The notes beneath the pieces were generated by a model. That model was not told where the DNA came from and did not search any database. It was given only the letters and a program-made list of their open reading frames with translations. The position numbers were made by a program, and so were the translations under genes. A DNA stretch of 61,728 nt, the filler included, from Hausera hauseri (lineage: Eukaryota), in the NCBI GenBank assembly GCA_046269625.1. It is 11 parts of 11 records of this genome, joined end to end, with 100 filler letters (N's around TTAATTAATTAA, not from the genome) between each part and the next. Parts side by side here need not be neighbours in the genome. Positions count along the whole stretch, not along the records: positions 1 to 4,050 come from JBJURY010793424.1; positions 4,151 to 8,847 come from JBJURY010471466.1; positions 8,948 to 13,737 come from JBJURY010435027.1; 8 more parts are not named here. One strand, 5' to 3'. Shown here piece after piece: positions 1-12,789 of this stretch. Position 1 is the stretch's first letter. Every line of letters starts with the position of its first letter.

Positions 1-136
1 TCGTCGTCCTGCTGACTCTGCACAACCTGTCTCTCCCAATCTTCCTTGCACAGAGTTCTTCCTCGATAAAACTAATTCAAGCCGCACTTCGCTATAATTT
101 CATTTACAATAGCTAAATCATATCACCAATTTTTTC

Positions 137-1050
137 TTGCGCTCCAACAGCTTGTTACTTCTTCTCCCAGCTAACATCAAACATCAAATCAATAATCTGA
201 GTGATATTCTTACTTCGCAAACACCATATGACATGCTTTATGAGTCTGTTTCTCATGTTACCGATCCATCGATTGATAATATAAAACAGAAATACTTTAA
301 CGAACATGCTATAGGCAACGAAAAACCTTATGATTTTCCGCAGGCCTCTATTTCACACCTAAGTGCTCTTGGCGTTACCCCAACCAACAATGCGGATTTA
401 ATTCATCGTTATTTCCTTTCTCCTTACCCACTTCCATCAGAGCTCTCTTTACTGTCGTAGACGACTCGACGGCGATTGAGAAACTTGCCCTATTGGCTGA
501 TAAAGGTTTCGAAATCTTGCAAACCAATAACTCACAACCCATAGCTGCAGCAACCACACATACCTCATCTCACGTAGACGCGACTGTTTTCGCACAGCAA
601 CTACAATTAATGCAGAAACAATACGATACTCTACAACATTCAATCACCACCATCACGGCTCAACTAAGTAATCTATCCACGTCTCGGCAACACGAGATTC
701 GCACACCGCGCCAGCGTAGCCTCACCAGGCACTCATTTCGTTCCAAATCTCCTAGCGGACGAATGATTTGTTTTTATCACGAGAGATTTCGTAGAAATGC
801 AGAAAAATGTCTTTTGGGTTGTAGATATTATGACAAGCGATTAGCGGTAGACAGCCATATCTGTATTTATCACACAAAATTCCATTCTTTAGCCAGATCG
901 TGCGTTCCAGGATGTAAACATTACAAAAACAACTCCAGTTTTTCTTCATTTTCTTCTCCTCCTGCTTCTGCCTACCAGTCATCCTCTTTCCCTCCACAAC
1001 CTTCAAAAAACTACAAAGGTCGCCAAATGTTACGGCACATTCTGGCATAG
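137..1050 (+). pseudogene. gag: Gag, frameshifted near 420-490, with two tandem C-x2-H-x9-C-x3-C fingers
   Basis: ORFs 137..460 and 493..1050; ICFYHERFRRNAEKCLLGC and ICIYHTKFHSLARSCVPGC; homologous to gag at 16045..16542. Confidence 0.85.
1005..1046 (+). promoter_or_regulatory. Putative -1 ribosomal frameshift signal (A AAA AAC plus downstream stem-loop)
   Basis: Heptamer 1005-1011 is in gag frame; -1 frame is open into the protease (FLIDSGAAFSI); stem gccaaatgt/acattctggc starts ~1022. Confidence 0.7.
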
Positions 1051-1400
1051 GCAACACTGCTCAACTTTCTGGCCGTTTTGACACCGCTTCCGCAGTTTTT
1101 CTGTTAAAAGATACACTTTCCCCTAACAACGCTTCACATATCGATTTTCTCATCGACTCAGGAGCTGCCTTTTCAATCCTTTCTTTGTCCTTCGTCCATA
1201 CATCAACGGCAATTTTTTCCCTTCCGCTTTCCACCTCCAACGGTCAACCTTTGCGAATCACATGAACCACAGAACTATTTTTTACATTCCCAAATTTACC
1301 AAACAATTTTGTCTGTAAATTCCACGTGGCCAACATTAAATCGTCAATAATCGGCTCAGATTTTTGGCCGCACACGACCTACTAGTTGACTGCAAGTATG
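1011..1400 (+). pseudogene. Retroviral-type aspartic protease
   Basis: DFLIDSGAAFSI at ~1143-1178. Confidence 0.85.
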
Positions 1401-1779
1401 GTCGTTTGTTACAGACTCCGTCGTGAACGTCAGCAACAGTCTAACAGACAACGCAACAGGCCAAACGTCTGCGAACTCACACGCGAATTTGGCAAATTGC
1501 TTATCGGTCGATAATTATACATCTAGTAGTTTATCTATCTTCTCAATTACAGCTAATACACCGAAGTCGACTTTGAAACAATCTGTTAAACCGAACGTTG
1601 ATGGCGACAATGTCATTCACTCTTCACCAATCACAGTCACCGCCTCCTCTGATAATACGCCTCAATCATTTTTATCACTAGATTCCAATCTCAAATCTTA
1701 CATCAGGTCTTCTTGTTCTCGTATACTCAAAAAAGACTCTAACTTCAAGCCCCTGTCAATAACTTATCACCACATCGTC

Positions 1780-2420
1780 ACCCAACACCAAAGACCTATC
1801 AGACAAAAGGTGAAACCATTATAGCCTCGTAGACGAAAAGCCGTGGAATTACAGTTTAACGAACTCGAAAAATCTGGTATTATTCGGAGATTGAAATCAC
1901 CATGGGCTTCACCATTACATGTAGTGGCAAAAAAGGACGGTACTTTTCGACAATTTGGCGATTACCGTTTAGTAAACAATCTAACCATCATGGATGCTTA
2001 CTCATTACCGCTCATAAAAGACATCCTGCACAGTCTTAACAACACCAATACCTATTCCACAAGGGATCTGCACAAAGCCTACCATCAAATTCCCGTTGCA
2101 CCCGGTGACATTCCAAAGACTGCTGTCGTCACTCCATTTGGCCTTTACGAATACATGTTTATGCCATTTGGTTTAAGTAACGCAGCCCAAACTTTCCAAC
2201 GTCTCATCGACACCGTTCTCTCAGGACTTGATTTTGGTCATCCCTACATCGATGACATATTAGTTGCCTCCAAATTTATGAAACAACACCATTAACACCT
2301 CCGAATTATTTTTTACGGACAACATCATAGCAACTTACAAGTTAATTTCTCCAAATGCAACTTCTTTCAGAAACATGTCAAGTTCTTAGGCCACATTATC
2401 ACTCCTCACGGCCACTCTCC
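1780..2420 (+). pseudogene. Reverse transcriptase
   Basis: SPWASPLHVVAKKDGTFR, DLHKAYHQIP, MPFGLSNAAQTFQR, YIDD; stop at 2293-2295. Confidence 0.95.
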
Positions 2421-2478
2421 ACAATCTGATTGACTAGAGCAATTTAAAAACGTAACACTACCAACGACCACTACAGAT

Positions 2479-3000
2479 ATGAGAAGTTTTCTTGGCACAT
2501 TACATTTTGTGCATAAATACATACCGCATTGCTCTGAGCTTACAGCACCTTTCGCACACCTCGCATCTGGAAAGAAAAGACAGCTAATCCAATGGGCTCC
2601 CGATTTAGTTACCAAATTTGATCACTTACGTAAAGGCCTAAAAACCGTCGAAATACTGGCCTATCCAAAACCCGGCGCGAAGCTAATACTTACCATTGCT
2701 GCCTCTTCCACAGCTACTGGTGGAATACTACACCAAATTTTCAACGGCGTCGACAAACCTTTGGAATTTTATATTCGAAAACTCACACAATCAGAAAACC
2801 GATATTCTACATTCGATCGTGAGCTACTAGTCATAATTCTGGCAGTAAAACATTTCAAGCATCCCCTCCTCTTTCGCCCATTTATCATCCAAACGGATCA
2901 CAAGCCTCTGCTGTACATCATGTCACTAAAACAGCCATCACCGAGGCAGGAACGACATATATCGTACCTATCTACATTTAGTTTTGTCATAAAGTATATT
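2479..3000 (+). pseudogene. RT connection and RNase H
   Basis: RSFLG, YSTFDRELL, TDHKPL motifs in ORF 2479..3267. Confidence 0.9.
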
Positions 3001-3129
3001 TCTACCGAAATTCCAAAGCTCAGTCAACCGTCTGCCGATATTCTTAGTTCTTTCAAATCCTTCGAAATCATTGATGGCATTGCATACGACACATCTAACC
3101 CCGATAACAAAAAAATCTTTCTCGCTTCT

Positions 3130-3995
3130 TCTTTGCAGAAACCAGCTTTCCTTCAAACACATTTATTTCATCATTCAGGCTCGAAAGCCACATTTCGTTT
3201 GCTCCAACGTCATGTAGTTTGGCCATCAATGCGCACAGATATACAGGGTTGGGTTAAGGAAAGTTAAGTCAACAAACAATTCAAACCGCCTCTTTACTAT
3301 TTCCCATGTACATCACGTTTTCATACCGTCAATCTTGATCTCGTTGGACCCTTACCCTCCGATAACGGGTATCAAGATATTCTCACTATGACGGATCGTG
3401 CTTCTCGCTGGCGTGAAGCCATTCCTCTCCGTTCAACAAACACTAATTCAGTAGCAGATGCCTTCATCAAAATCTGGATCAGTCGTTTTGGATCCCCACG
3501 GCATATCATAACGGACCAAAGTCCGCAGTTCGAATGGGAACTTTTTAAATCGCTTGTTAAACGCTTGGGGATATCACATTTCCATACAACACCGTACCAC
3601 CCACAAGCAAATGGCCTGCTTGAAAGATTCCATCGAACTATGAAAATTTCTTTAAAAATCCTAGCAGAAAATTATCACAATTTAACGTCTATCCTGCCAT
3701 TTGTTCTACTCGATTGGCGCAATACTTCTTCCACCACCACGGGTTGTGCTCCTGCCGAGGCACTTTTTGGGACTCCAATACGGGCTCTGTTCGAAATTTC
3801 CGACCTCGACAACAATCGTACAGACGAAAGCATTCGCTCGGCACAGTCGCACATTGTTGAGGTTAACTAAGACTCATTCTGCCGCTTATTTAAAAATAAC
3901 AAATCGTACATTCCGAAGGATTTATACTCAGCCAAGTTTGTATGGCTGAAAGATCAATAATCTTCGGGCTTTCGACTTCAGTATGTTGGCCCATA
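3130..3995 (+). pseudogene. Integrase (HHCC remnant, catalytic core, GPY tail)
   Basis: HLFHHSG..WPSMRTDI; DLVGPLP; WISRFGSPRHIITDQ; TTPYHPQANGLLERFHR; YVGPYK at ~3982. Confidence 0.92.
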
Positions 3996-4050
3996 CAAAC
4001 TGGTTCACTTCTCATTTCATACAGCTGCAATTTTACGCCACGAAAAACCC

Positions 4051-4150
4051 NNNNNNNNNNNNNNNNNNNNNNNNNNNNNNNNNNNNNNNNNNNNTTAATT
4101 AATTAANNNNNNNNNNNNNNNNNNNNNNNNNNNNNNNNNNNNNNNNNNNN
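4051..4150. other. Artificial contig-joining spacer 1
   Basis: N44-TTAATTAATTAA-N44, stops in all six frames. Confidence 0.98.
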
Positions 4151-4302
4151 CGGGAATTTTATATCATGTGTGAAACTGTTCCAGACTGTTAGGTTGTAGC
4201 AATTGCATTTATGCATATTAAGTAGTATCTGTGCTATACACACCAGTGGTTCCATACCAATTGCTTTGAGTTATTTTTTTGTGCTCTTGTTAAATCTAAC
4301 AG

Positions 4303-4541
4303 GACAGTGATGAAGTCGGGCTCGGAGCAGGTCAGAGTGGGGCTGAGGACGTTCTTTGAGAACGCTGCGGAAGACTTAGAGAAGACCTTTGAGAACCTGA
4401 AGTTGGGGAAGTTCACTCACTCTCGCTCCCAGATGAAAGGCGTGTCGCAGAATATCAACTACACAACTGTGGCTTTGCTTCCCATCCTAACTGCTCTGTT
4501 TGAGCACATCACTCAACACCACTTTGGAGTAGATCTGCTTT
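4303..4541 (+). CDS. ryr3: Internal exon of ryanodine receptor 3, vertebrate (teleost-like)
   Basis: TVMKSGSEQVRVGLRTFFENAAEDLEKTFENLKLGKFTHSRSQMKGVSQNINYTTVALLPILT closely matches my recall of vertebrate RYR3; AG at 4301-4302 and GTAAGT at 4542. Confidence 0.92.
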
Positions 4542-4804
4542 GTAAGTCCTGACAAAGAGGGAATGATCAAAGGTTTATAACTTCTCAAAGATTCTAATCT
4601 TGTCCAATTCCTTTTTGGGACCAGAAAATGTTCTGAGTTTGTTGGGATCCAGGGTGGTTGGTTCTCTTTTTGTCCAGCAGGGGGCGACTGGAGGCTGCCG
4701 CTTCCTGAGGGCGTATTGGAATCACCTACGAGTGATCTGTTCATCAGAGGAGGAGGATAAGAGGACGGGGCGGCCAACACTTCCCTGCCAGAGTGTTAAC
4801 GTAG

Positions 4805-6008
4805 TGTAGCAGGATGAAGCCTGCACCACGATTGAGGACACCTGGCCCCTAATTACTGCCGAATGGGTGTGGTGTATAAAGGGAGACGCGCTCACCTGTT
4901 TTCTTCATGCCTGCATTTGGTCCTGCTTCAGGGGAAGGTTGTTTGGTTGGCTGGCAGTGGCCATTGCTTCATTAGTAAGTATTGTTTCTCCTCTTGTATA
5001 AAATCTGCAATTTTAGTGGTTGATTCCAACTGGTTGATTTTAGAAACTGCCTGGAATATCCTGCTCACTGTGGTGTGGCTGTAATCTACCCTCCCAGTGC
5101 AGTTTAGCAACATAAAACGGGTATGTATTCCATCGCACCCATGCAGTTCCCATAGCACAGAAATGACAACAATTTATGTGATAGGAAGTACTGGCAAGTG
5201 GATCTTCCTGCTGTTGGGCCGGAAGGGGCTCTCTGGTCGGGGTGGGGTCATCCAGCTCTGATATAAAGCTGCTGCAGCTCACTGGAGACCCTGCTGCTTT
5301 GTTTTATGCTGTGTTTTATGCTTTGTTTCTGGTTTATATTTTGTTTTGTTTCCTAAATTTTCCGTTTGGTTTTTCAGTTTTGTGCTTTTGCTTAGTTTGA
5401 ATCATTTTCTTCTGTGTGACCTCGCTGCAGGTAGCAGCTTTGGGTTCTTTTAAATTACTCAATTAAAGTATTGATTCTTACTGATTGGTTATGTTGGGGG
5501 TAACCTCATTTTAGACCCTGTCTGTTAGATCGCAGTGTTTTTGTATTTGCTTTGCTTAATTCCACCCTTTTGTCTCCAGGCTGAGGGCAGAAGGCAGTGG
5601 GAGGGGGGCTTCCAGGGAAACTGGACCCGTGTGATGTGCGAATGACTGGTGTTGGGATTTCTTCACGATAGTGTGTTCACAAGTGTTTGGGGTGATTTAT
5701 TTGTTTTGATTTATTTGTTTTTTTTAACCAGTTTTCCATACTTGGACTGCCCTCCCCCTGCTGGTAAGCCTCAGTACTGTTCACCTCCCTTCCTATTGTG
5801 GTTCTTTGAATTTTAATTGTCTTTTAAAATGATTGAATAATAAAGTGCATTTTTGTGGAATAAAGTCTTGTTCTCATTGGTGACGAACCGTAGTGCCTTA
5901 CTGGCGATCAATTTCCTTGGGCGCAATTCCCAAGGTGGCGTTGTTTACATCTCCTGGTTGCCCATCCTTGAGGGGCAAAGGATCAAAATTTATACCCGTG
6001 TTGCCACA
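4805..6008 (+). mobile_element. Possible solo LTR in ryr3 intron
   Basis: Starts TGTAGCA, ends TGCCACA (imperfect inverted ends), TATAAA ~4875, AATAAA ~5840-5865; no matching TSD. Confidence 0.4.
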
Positions 6009-6200
6009 TTATCATTAGCCATACTTAACATTATTGCTAATGCTAATTAGCACTAGCAATGGAAAACCTCAAGTGTACTTTGGCACATACGTGTCAGACC
6101 TCACTGTTTTTATGTACAGGATAAGTAATTTACAGAGTAGCTGTGTGACAGAAGGATGGTTAATTATGGTTTTTATGTGCACACATACGCATAGAATTAA

Positions 6201-6231
6201 ATATATATATATATATATTTATATAATATAT
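6201..6231. repeat. (AT)n microsatellite
   Basis: atatatatatatatatat... Confidence 0.85.
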
Positions 6232-8847
6232 AAAAGTCCCTTCTCACCCTCCGTGGGGGGTCTCTCTCTTTCTTGCTCTGAGCTCAGGTCCTCTACCAGA
6301 GGCCTGGGAGCTTGAGATCTTGTATCTTGGTTGTGCCTAGAACACTCTAAAAGGCAATACCTATTCTTACTGAAATTAGGTTTCTATGCTTTACTCAAGT
6401 CTCACTAAGTTGCTTATTCAACTCAAGTAATGTGAGTAATGTACATGTTTGACCTGAGAAAAGTACAAGACTACGTTATTTTGAGTAAAGTGGATTTGAA
6501 TATTTTTGTTACTGGAGTGAATGCTGCAGCTCAGCAGTGCACACGCGCAGGAAAGTGCAGGAAGCTTCCAGAACGTTTGTGGACTTGTACAATGGAAGAA
6601 ACAGAGCTTCTTTAAGGGCGAGTTACTCGTCTTCAGTATGTTTACATGTCATGTATGCCTTTACTACTCGCATATATGGTTACAGGTTGATTTTTCTTTA
6701 AAAAGTTACGCATAAAAGTCTTTGCAGTCTAATATCCTAATGTTAGCAAGGACTCATGGGTCCAACATTAGCTAAAACTGCCACTCCTTTTACTTGAGAG
6801 CCTTTAATGTTTTTGTCCATTGTTGTGGAAAAGAACTATTACCAAGCACTGTTCAGGTAAAATCACTCAATCAGGTTTATTTATGAATTGTGCACAACAC
6901 AGAGAGCTGGTAGGACAATCAATCATGAAGCAATTCTGGATGGAAACTCTGCCAGGCAGAGACAACACATGAGTTTTATACCAAGGGAAAATAATTCAAA
7001 ACATGGGCAGACAGTCTGGTTCTGATGCAGCTGCAGAAAACAACTTCCAACCTTGTACATGTAACCCAAATAGTTCTTTTGGTGAGAGTTCACAAGCATT
7101 TCATATAACATGATCAGCAGATGTTAACTTAATAGTAAATATGCAATATTTACTATTAATCACTCGTCAAATTTTATTCCATCCCCACTGATTATACAAA
7201 AGGAAATTTCTACAATTTTTATGGTGAGAAGTGAAAAATGATCCCATACATTTTAAGACATTACATATTCATTCAGTCATTGAAACATTATTCTGTATGA
7301 TGAAACAAAAACATATGCAGGATAGGAAAAACCTACTGGCATTCATCCATTCATCCATTCATTGTTTCACTTCTGGTAGGTAGGAAAAGTTACCCTGCAA
7401 CCTCTCGTTGCCAGGGAGACGGTCCTCTATATGTCTGTCATCTTTCACAAAACTTTAAAAGGAGAGTCAAACAACTAAGAATGATCATAATTAAGCTACT
7501 CAATTTCATGTGTTTTCTAGGAAACCCCATAAAAAAAAATTACATCAGTGCAGCGAAGGTATAAATAAGTGTCTGTTCAAAAATCCAACAAGAACGCATA
7601 GATTTTCCATCTGGAAAGCAGGTAAAGCGTAGAAGCAGGAACACTGATCGTCTGTCTGCTCAGGAGGATTTGTTACCTCCTGTCAGAAAAGTGTAAATCT
7701 TCACTTGGCTTCGGTCACTCGCCAGTGGACCAGCAATAGTTCTATTAGTGGAGAGCCTTTCAGAAACATCTAAACTAGCTGTTCCTCTGGACATTGTCCT
7801 CTGGTGTCAAAAGTTGAAGTACTTGATACTTGGTAGAGTGAAGTTTTGCTGCTCACTTTGTTGCGGTTTCAGATTTAAAGTTGTGATCTAGATGGACATT
7901 ACAGACAGGTAGTCCTTCACTGAGGTTGATGTGGATTCAGGTTGTTCCTTCCTGGACTTTAGCAGGTGTGTTGGTCACAAGTTGCACCTTTATTGGCCTC
8001 TGGAACTCCCTCCGCCAGCGTTTGGATTTCCAGAATTTCCTCTGAAAATCCTTCATCGCGTCCCAGTCAACTGGTCTGACGGCTGCAGCACTTTGGCAGG
8101 ACATGGCAGGAAGGTTCTCACTGTCTGTGAGGGTCCACAAAGCATAGTGGGCAGGTTTTAGCAATAAGACAACATAAGAAGAATCTTTTATTCCTTTTTT
8201 CATTTTCAAGTTTTTAAATTTTTTTTTTCAAATTTTTAACTTTAGTTGGTCAGAATTGAGCAAAATCTAATATTTAATGGTCAAAAGGTGTATTAGGTGG
8301 AGAATGATTTAAAGGATTGTACCATCTCAACGTCAGCAAGTGTGAAAGAAGGGGCAGGTTACTGCCGAAGGTGCATCAGCTCTTTCATTGCCATTGGCAA
8401 CTAAATCGTCATAAGAATTAAAAGCAAGTCATCTGCTAAGTAATGTGCTTAAATTCAATGGGTTGTTTTATGTGAGCTGGGAAGAGTAGGCCTCACTTTC
8501 ACACAGTGGCTGACAGAACATTCTCCAGAAAACAAAATCTCTAAACCCTGAGAGGAGTAAGGAATGGTCTCACCCCCAATCCTGAGGGAAATTTCTGTGC
8601 TTTAACAGAAATTCAAAATCACAAATAACTTGGAATCAGCGAAAATATAAAGCGCACACAAGCAACTAGTTTTCCTGCTTCAGTTAGTGCTACTAGCGCA
8701 GATGTTTCAGCAGAAAAGTGTTTGAGCACAGAGCCAGAGATAAATGTCTTATGCAAAAGCAAACAGGGTTAGATCCAATAGCCTGGTCACATGATGCAGA
8801 GCCATCAACAAATTGCATCAAGTTTGGTTAGCTCATGGGGCCTTAAA

Positions 8848-8947
8848 NNNNNNNNNNNNNNNNNNNNNNNNNNNNNNNNNNNNNNNNNNNNTTAATTAAT
8901 TAANNNNNNNNNNNNNNNNNNNNNNNNNNNNNNNNNNNNNNNNNNNN
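8848..8947. other. Artificial spacer 2
   Basis: N44-TTAATTAATTAA-N44. Confidence 0.98.
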
Positions 8948-9014
8948 TTTTCTACACGTATATATTTTATATTGATAAGCAAAATTAATTTCATTTTGGA
9001 GGTAAAAAAGTGAA

Positions 9015-9125
9015 CAGTTCCATCAGTGTCATGCCAAAGCATCCTGAGCCCATCCATGTTGGGAGTTGCTTCTCAGCCAAGAAAGTGGACTGAGCCTGAG
9101 AACATAGCTAGGAAAAAAGAATGGT
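9015..9125 (+). mobile_element. Short Tc1-like transposase remnant resembling fish Tc1 families
   Basis: Frameshifted match to KHPETIHVWGCFS.KGVG..PKN.AMNKEW motif. Confidence 0.5.
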
Positions 9126-9943
9126 GCCCATGGTTAGTATTTGAGTTTTAACAGAAGAGTGTCAGGGTATATTAGTCTGTATGAGGGACTATTTTAGCTC
9201 AGGGGTCTGTGCTGAAGTCTTGTAATGATGAGGCTGCAGGCTTGAGCTAGCTGATTGCTAGCATGGAAAGTAGTTTGTCAAGTGGATATGGGTCAGATCA
9301 ATAATGGCACTTTTATTAAGATGACAAGCGACAACTGGCCCAATTGTGGTTTGGTTTATGTGATGCTGACCCATGCATGGTCCGCATCTCGGCCACCAAA
9401 GTGCCATCATTCTTTGCGGTATCTGGGCTGAGTTTTAGTGTTTTAGTGCCTTGTGTGGATCAGAGCAGGGCCAGACAAACTTTGCTGTGTGGGATGTGTC
9501 ACCACCTCTTAGGAAAAATTGACGGTGATATTGTGTGCGTGTGAGATGTTTATGCCAAAGCTGAATGAAAGTAATAACTCCTGTATAATGGTGTGCATGT
9601 GAATTTATTAACATACAGACATTTAAATCTTTAAGCTTGAAGTACACATGAAGAGTATGATTCTTCTTCTTCCTGTTTCCTGTGATAACTATTGTGTATT
9701 AACTAATGTTAACTGTTTATTTATAATTCAAAATTTCATGAGAAAAACAGTATCAACGTCATTTTGGATGTACTGTGATCTGCTACTGCTGATGATTAAT
9801 CATAAATGGTCAAAAGAACAGGACTCAAACGATATTTGATATGTTATTAAAATTTGTAAATGAAAGAAAGTTTAAGTACTTTAAGAATTATTATCCAGAA
9901 TTCAGAAATTTCTGGAAAAAAAAACAAATATTACCTTCATATT

Positions 9944-11076
9944 TATTAGGTCTATAACTTACAACCCGCCTATTTTTGTAAAAATTAAGCCTTTATTTAA
10001 GGAACAAATGAAAAAATAATACATCAATCAAAGTATTGTTCATCGTTAGATATGACTTTTCCCACCTTTGTAGCAATAAGCGGATCCCACGGTGAAAGAA
10101 CGACTCATCTTTAGAGGATATCCATTCAGAGACCCATTTCTCGACGATTTAATAAGACTTGAAGTGTTCCTCAGCAAGTACGTGTACCATCAACCGAAAC
10201 AAGTGGTAGTCGGAAGGGGCACAGTCTAGTGAATAAGCCGCATGGGGTAGCACTTCCAAGCAAAGTGCTTCCAATGTTTCCTTGACCACATTGGTGACGT
10301 GATGTTGAGCGTTATCATGAATCAAGAGCACTTTATGCTGTCTTGTCTCATATTCTTGTCGTTTTTCTTACAATGCTTGGCTTCAAACGAATCATTTGTT
10401 GTTGGTAGAGATCCACTGTGACTGTTTGACCAAGTTTAAGTATCTCATAATATATCACACCCTTCTGGTCCCACCAAATACAGAGCATGGCCTTCTTCCC
10501 ATGAATATTTCGTTTTGGCGTCGATGTCGATGGTTGACATGGGTTGCAAATGGTTTTTCGGTGTTTGGGGTTATCGAAATATATCCACTTTTCATCGCTT
10601 GTCACAATTCGATGCAAAAACGCCTTTCTTTTTGCCTGACAAGCCGCATTTCGGAGATGATTTTTCGCCCTTCGATGTCTCTCTTCTTTCAGATCAAATT
10701 TTTTAAGCTGGTCTAAACATTCGTTATCAATCGTGTCAAAATCACCATTGCTTTGAAGTTGTTTCCAACAGAGCAAGTTCCTTATAGGCTTTAACAAGCA
10801 TTCTATGAGATTCAGCCGTCGTTTTCGTCAAACTGAAAAACAGAAAAGCAAAGCTTTGAGCAAATGCTGCTTGTTTGGTTGAAATTGAGACATTTTCTTT
10901 GCATTAAAAGACGATGTTGTTGCCACAAACACAAAATTTTATATACCGAATATCATTGAGAAAAGTCAAAAGTACGAATGATGCCTTATTCAAACATAAC
11001 ATTTGACTTAACAAAAGGAAATGCATTATTGATTATTGTTCGATTTTTATTCAAATAATATTACAAAAAATAGGCG
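9944..11076 (-). mobile_element. mariner DD34D transposon, Mos1/mauritiana-subfamily-like, degenerate
   Basis: Transposase 10893->10024: MSQFQPNKQH..AESHRML, RIVTSDEKW, MLCIWWDQKGVIYYE, HDNA, LPHAAYSLDCAPSDYHLF; partial TIRs cgcctatttttgtaa (9967) / ttacaaaaaataggcg (11061). Confidence 0.92.
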
Positions 11077-11559
11077 TATTATATTTCTTAATTAATTAAT
11101 TATATCACAGATCCGAATTTATTTTAATCATGATAAGAAGATGTTCATTTACTCTATGCAAACATTTAGTCTTTTCCTTCTTATCTTCCTTCATTCCCAA
11201 TGATCCTGTCCGTTGTGATTGCCTTGTTAAATGATCTTGATCGTTCATATTTGATAGACATGATCAGATGTAACGAAATTCTTATTCAAATAATACATCA
11301 ATAATGTCTTGGGGATATCCGTAAATGATGGATGGTATCATTCGAATACTTTTCAACTTAGGAATGCTGGACAAATACGAATGCAACGACTAATACTACA
11401 ATGGAAATCGTTACCTTCAGAATAACGAATTTCAAGTCCTGGCTGTAATTAGAATTTCGTAGGGATTTTATCTGTCGTAGTAATAATCGTACTGATAATC
11501 GTCAAATATTGTGGGGCAAAATAAATTCAGTCTCGAAAATTGTGTCGGAATTATGATAT

Positions 11560-12643
11560 TCATTGAGGGTGAGAGTTTGATTGAGTTTCACAGCAGTTTA
11601 TATACTGCTTGCAATAATGATTTTTGGAATTTATTTCCGCAATAACCAAAAGTATCCTTCGAGCCTTGCACGTGAAACCGGGTTCCTCACATGTATCCAA
11701 GATAAAATTAACATTGCTTAACGAGCCTTCTTCATGAACCTGAAGTTTCCATAATCTAACCGAAAATAGTTTTGTCAGTGTAATGTTGTGTTGTCTTATC
11801 CAGTGAAGATTTGATATCGGTATTCTGCTTAATGACATCTGCGTCCAATCCGGGAAAATCGGCATTCAAATCAGACTGAGAGTTATTAAACGTTATCGGT
11901 CCGATTGAATTATTCTGATGGCTCGTACCTTGATGTGGTATATTCGAAATAATCTGAGACTTAAGCGAATCGACAGAATACGAAGTAGATAACCAAGATT
12001 ACGAAAGATTAGTTTGATTTAAATTAACTACAAATGTACTGTGAGTGCTTTTGTTGGGCAGGACTGAATTGAGATCGGTGATTTCCACAATCGGTGGAGT
12101 TGAGAGTTCATCACGAACATTGTTGGAAATTGATCTTAGATAAGGTTGAGGATCTTCTCCGATTAATTCGGGTACGAATGACATGTAACTTGTTGGAAGA
12201 TTCAGAATACCAAAAAACGTCTTTTCTTGAGGTGTCAAGGACACATTATTTGTCGCTTGATTATTAGCTTGAGAATAATTTATGTTACCATAAGGCTCAT
12301 ACCGACTGAACCTTCCCGTTTTGCAATAGTCAATTCGTTTAAAAAAAGTTAGTGCGTCATCATCATCATCAAATTCCAACAAAAATGAGTGCAGATCGAA
12401 ATGAGAAATTTTCCACGTTTCACTTTCAATTGAAACTCTATGTGTGCCAAGACGATACCAATTAATCCGATTTAAATCAAATTTCACGTCCAGTGTTCCG
12501 CCGCTTTCAATTGTTATGTACAGAATAAATTCATGAAGTAAAATATCAATTTTGAGATCAAGATTATCAATAACTAAATCGAAAAATTTGGAACCCTCAT
12601 TGTATCTTAACAAAGCAACGTCTTCAAAACACGAAGCGATCAA
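11560..12643 (-). pseudogene. Unknown gene with possible N-terminal PH-like fold, interrupted by stops
   Basis: 214-aa ORF with beta-rich region closing in LEFDDDDDALTFFKRI; same frame continues ~80 codons past the stop at 11999. Confidence 0.35.
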
Positions 12644-12789
12644 TTAAAATAGTAAATCCGATATCAATAAAAAAATCGAAATCCGCATTCTGTATTTAAT
12701 ATTAAAACAACCATGATATTTTTACATTAGTAATTCCACATATAGTTCAGCAATTGGGTGAATGTGGACACCACAGATATTTTGTTGTT

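Larger units (their letters stand above)
1..4050 (+). mobile_element. Degenerate Ty3/Gypsy LTR retrotransposon internal region, CsRN1/Kabuki-type (gag-PR-RT-RH-IN); LTRs not in contig
   Basis: Domain order gag(CHCC fingers)-protease(DSGA)-RT(YIDD)-RNase H-integrase, broken by stops and frameshifts. Confidence 0.95.

Noticed and set aside
4303-4541. ryr3 exon as horizontal gene transfer into the invertebrate genome
   Set aside because: It sits in an entirely vertebrate-like contig; contamination is simpler.
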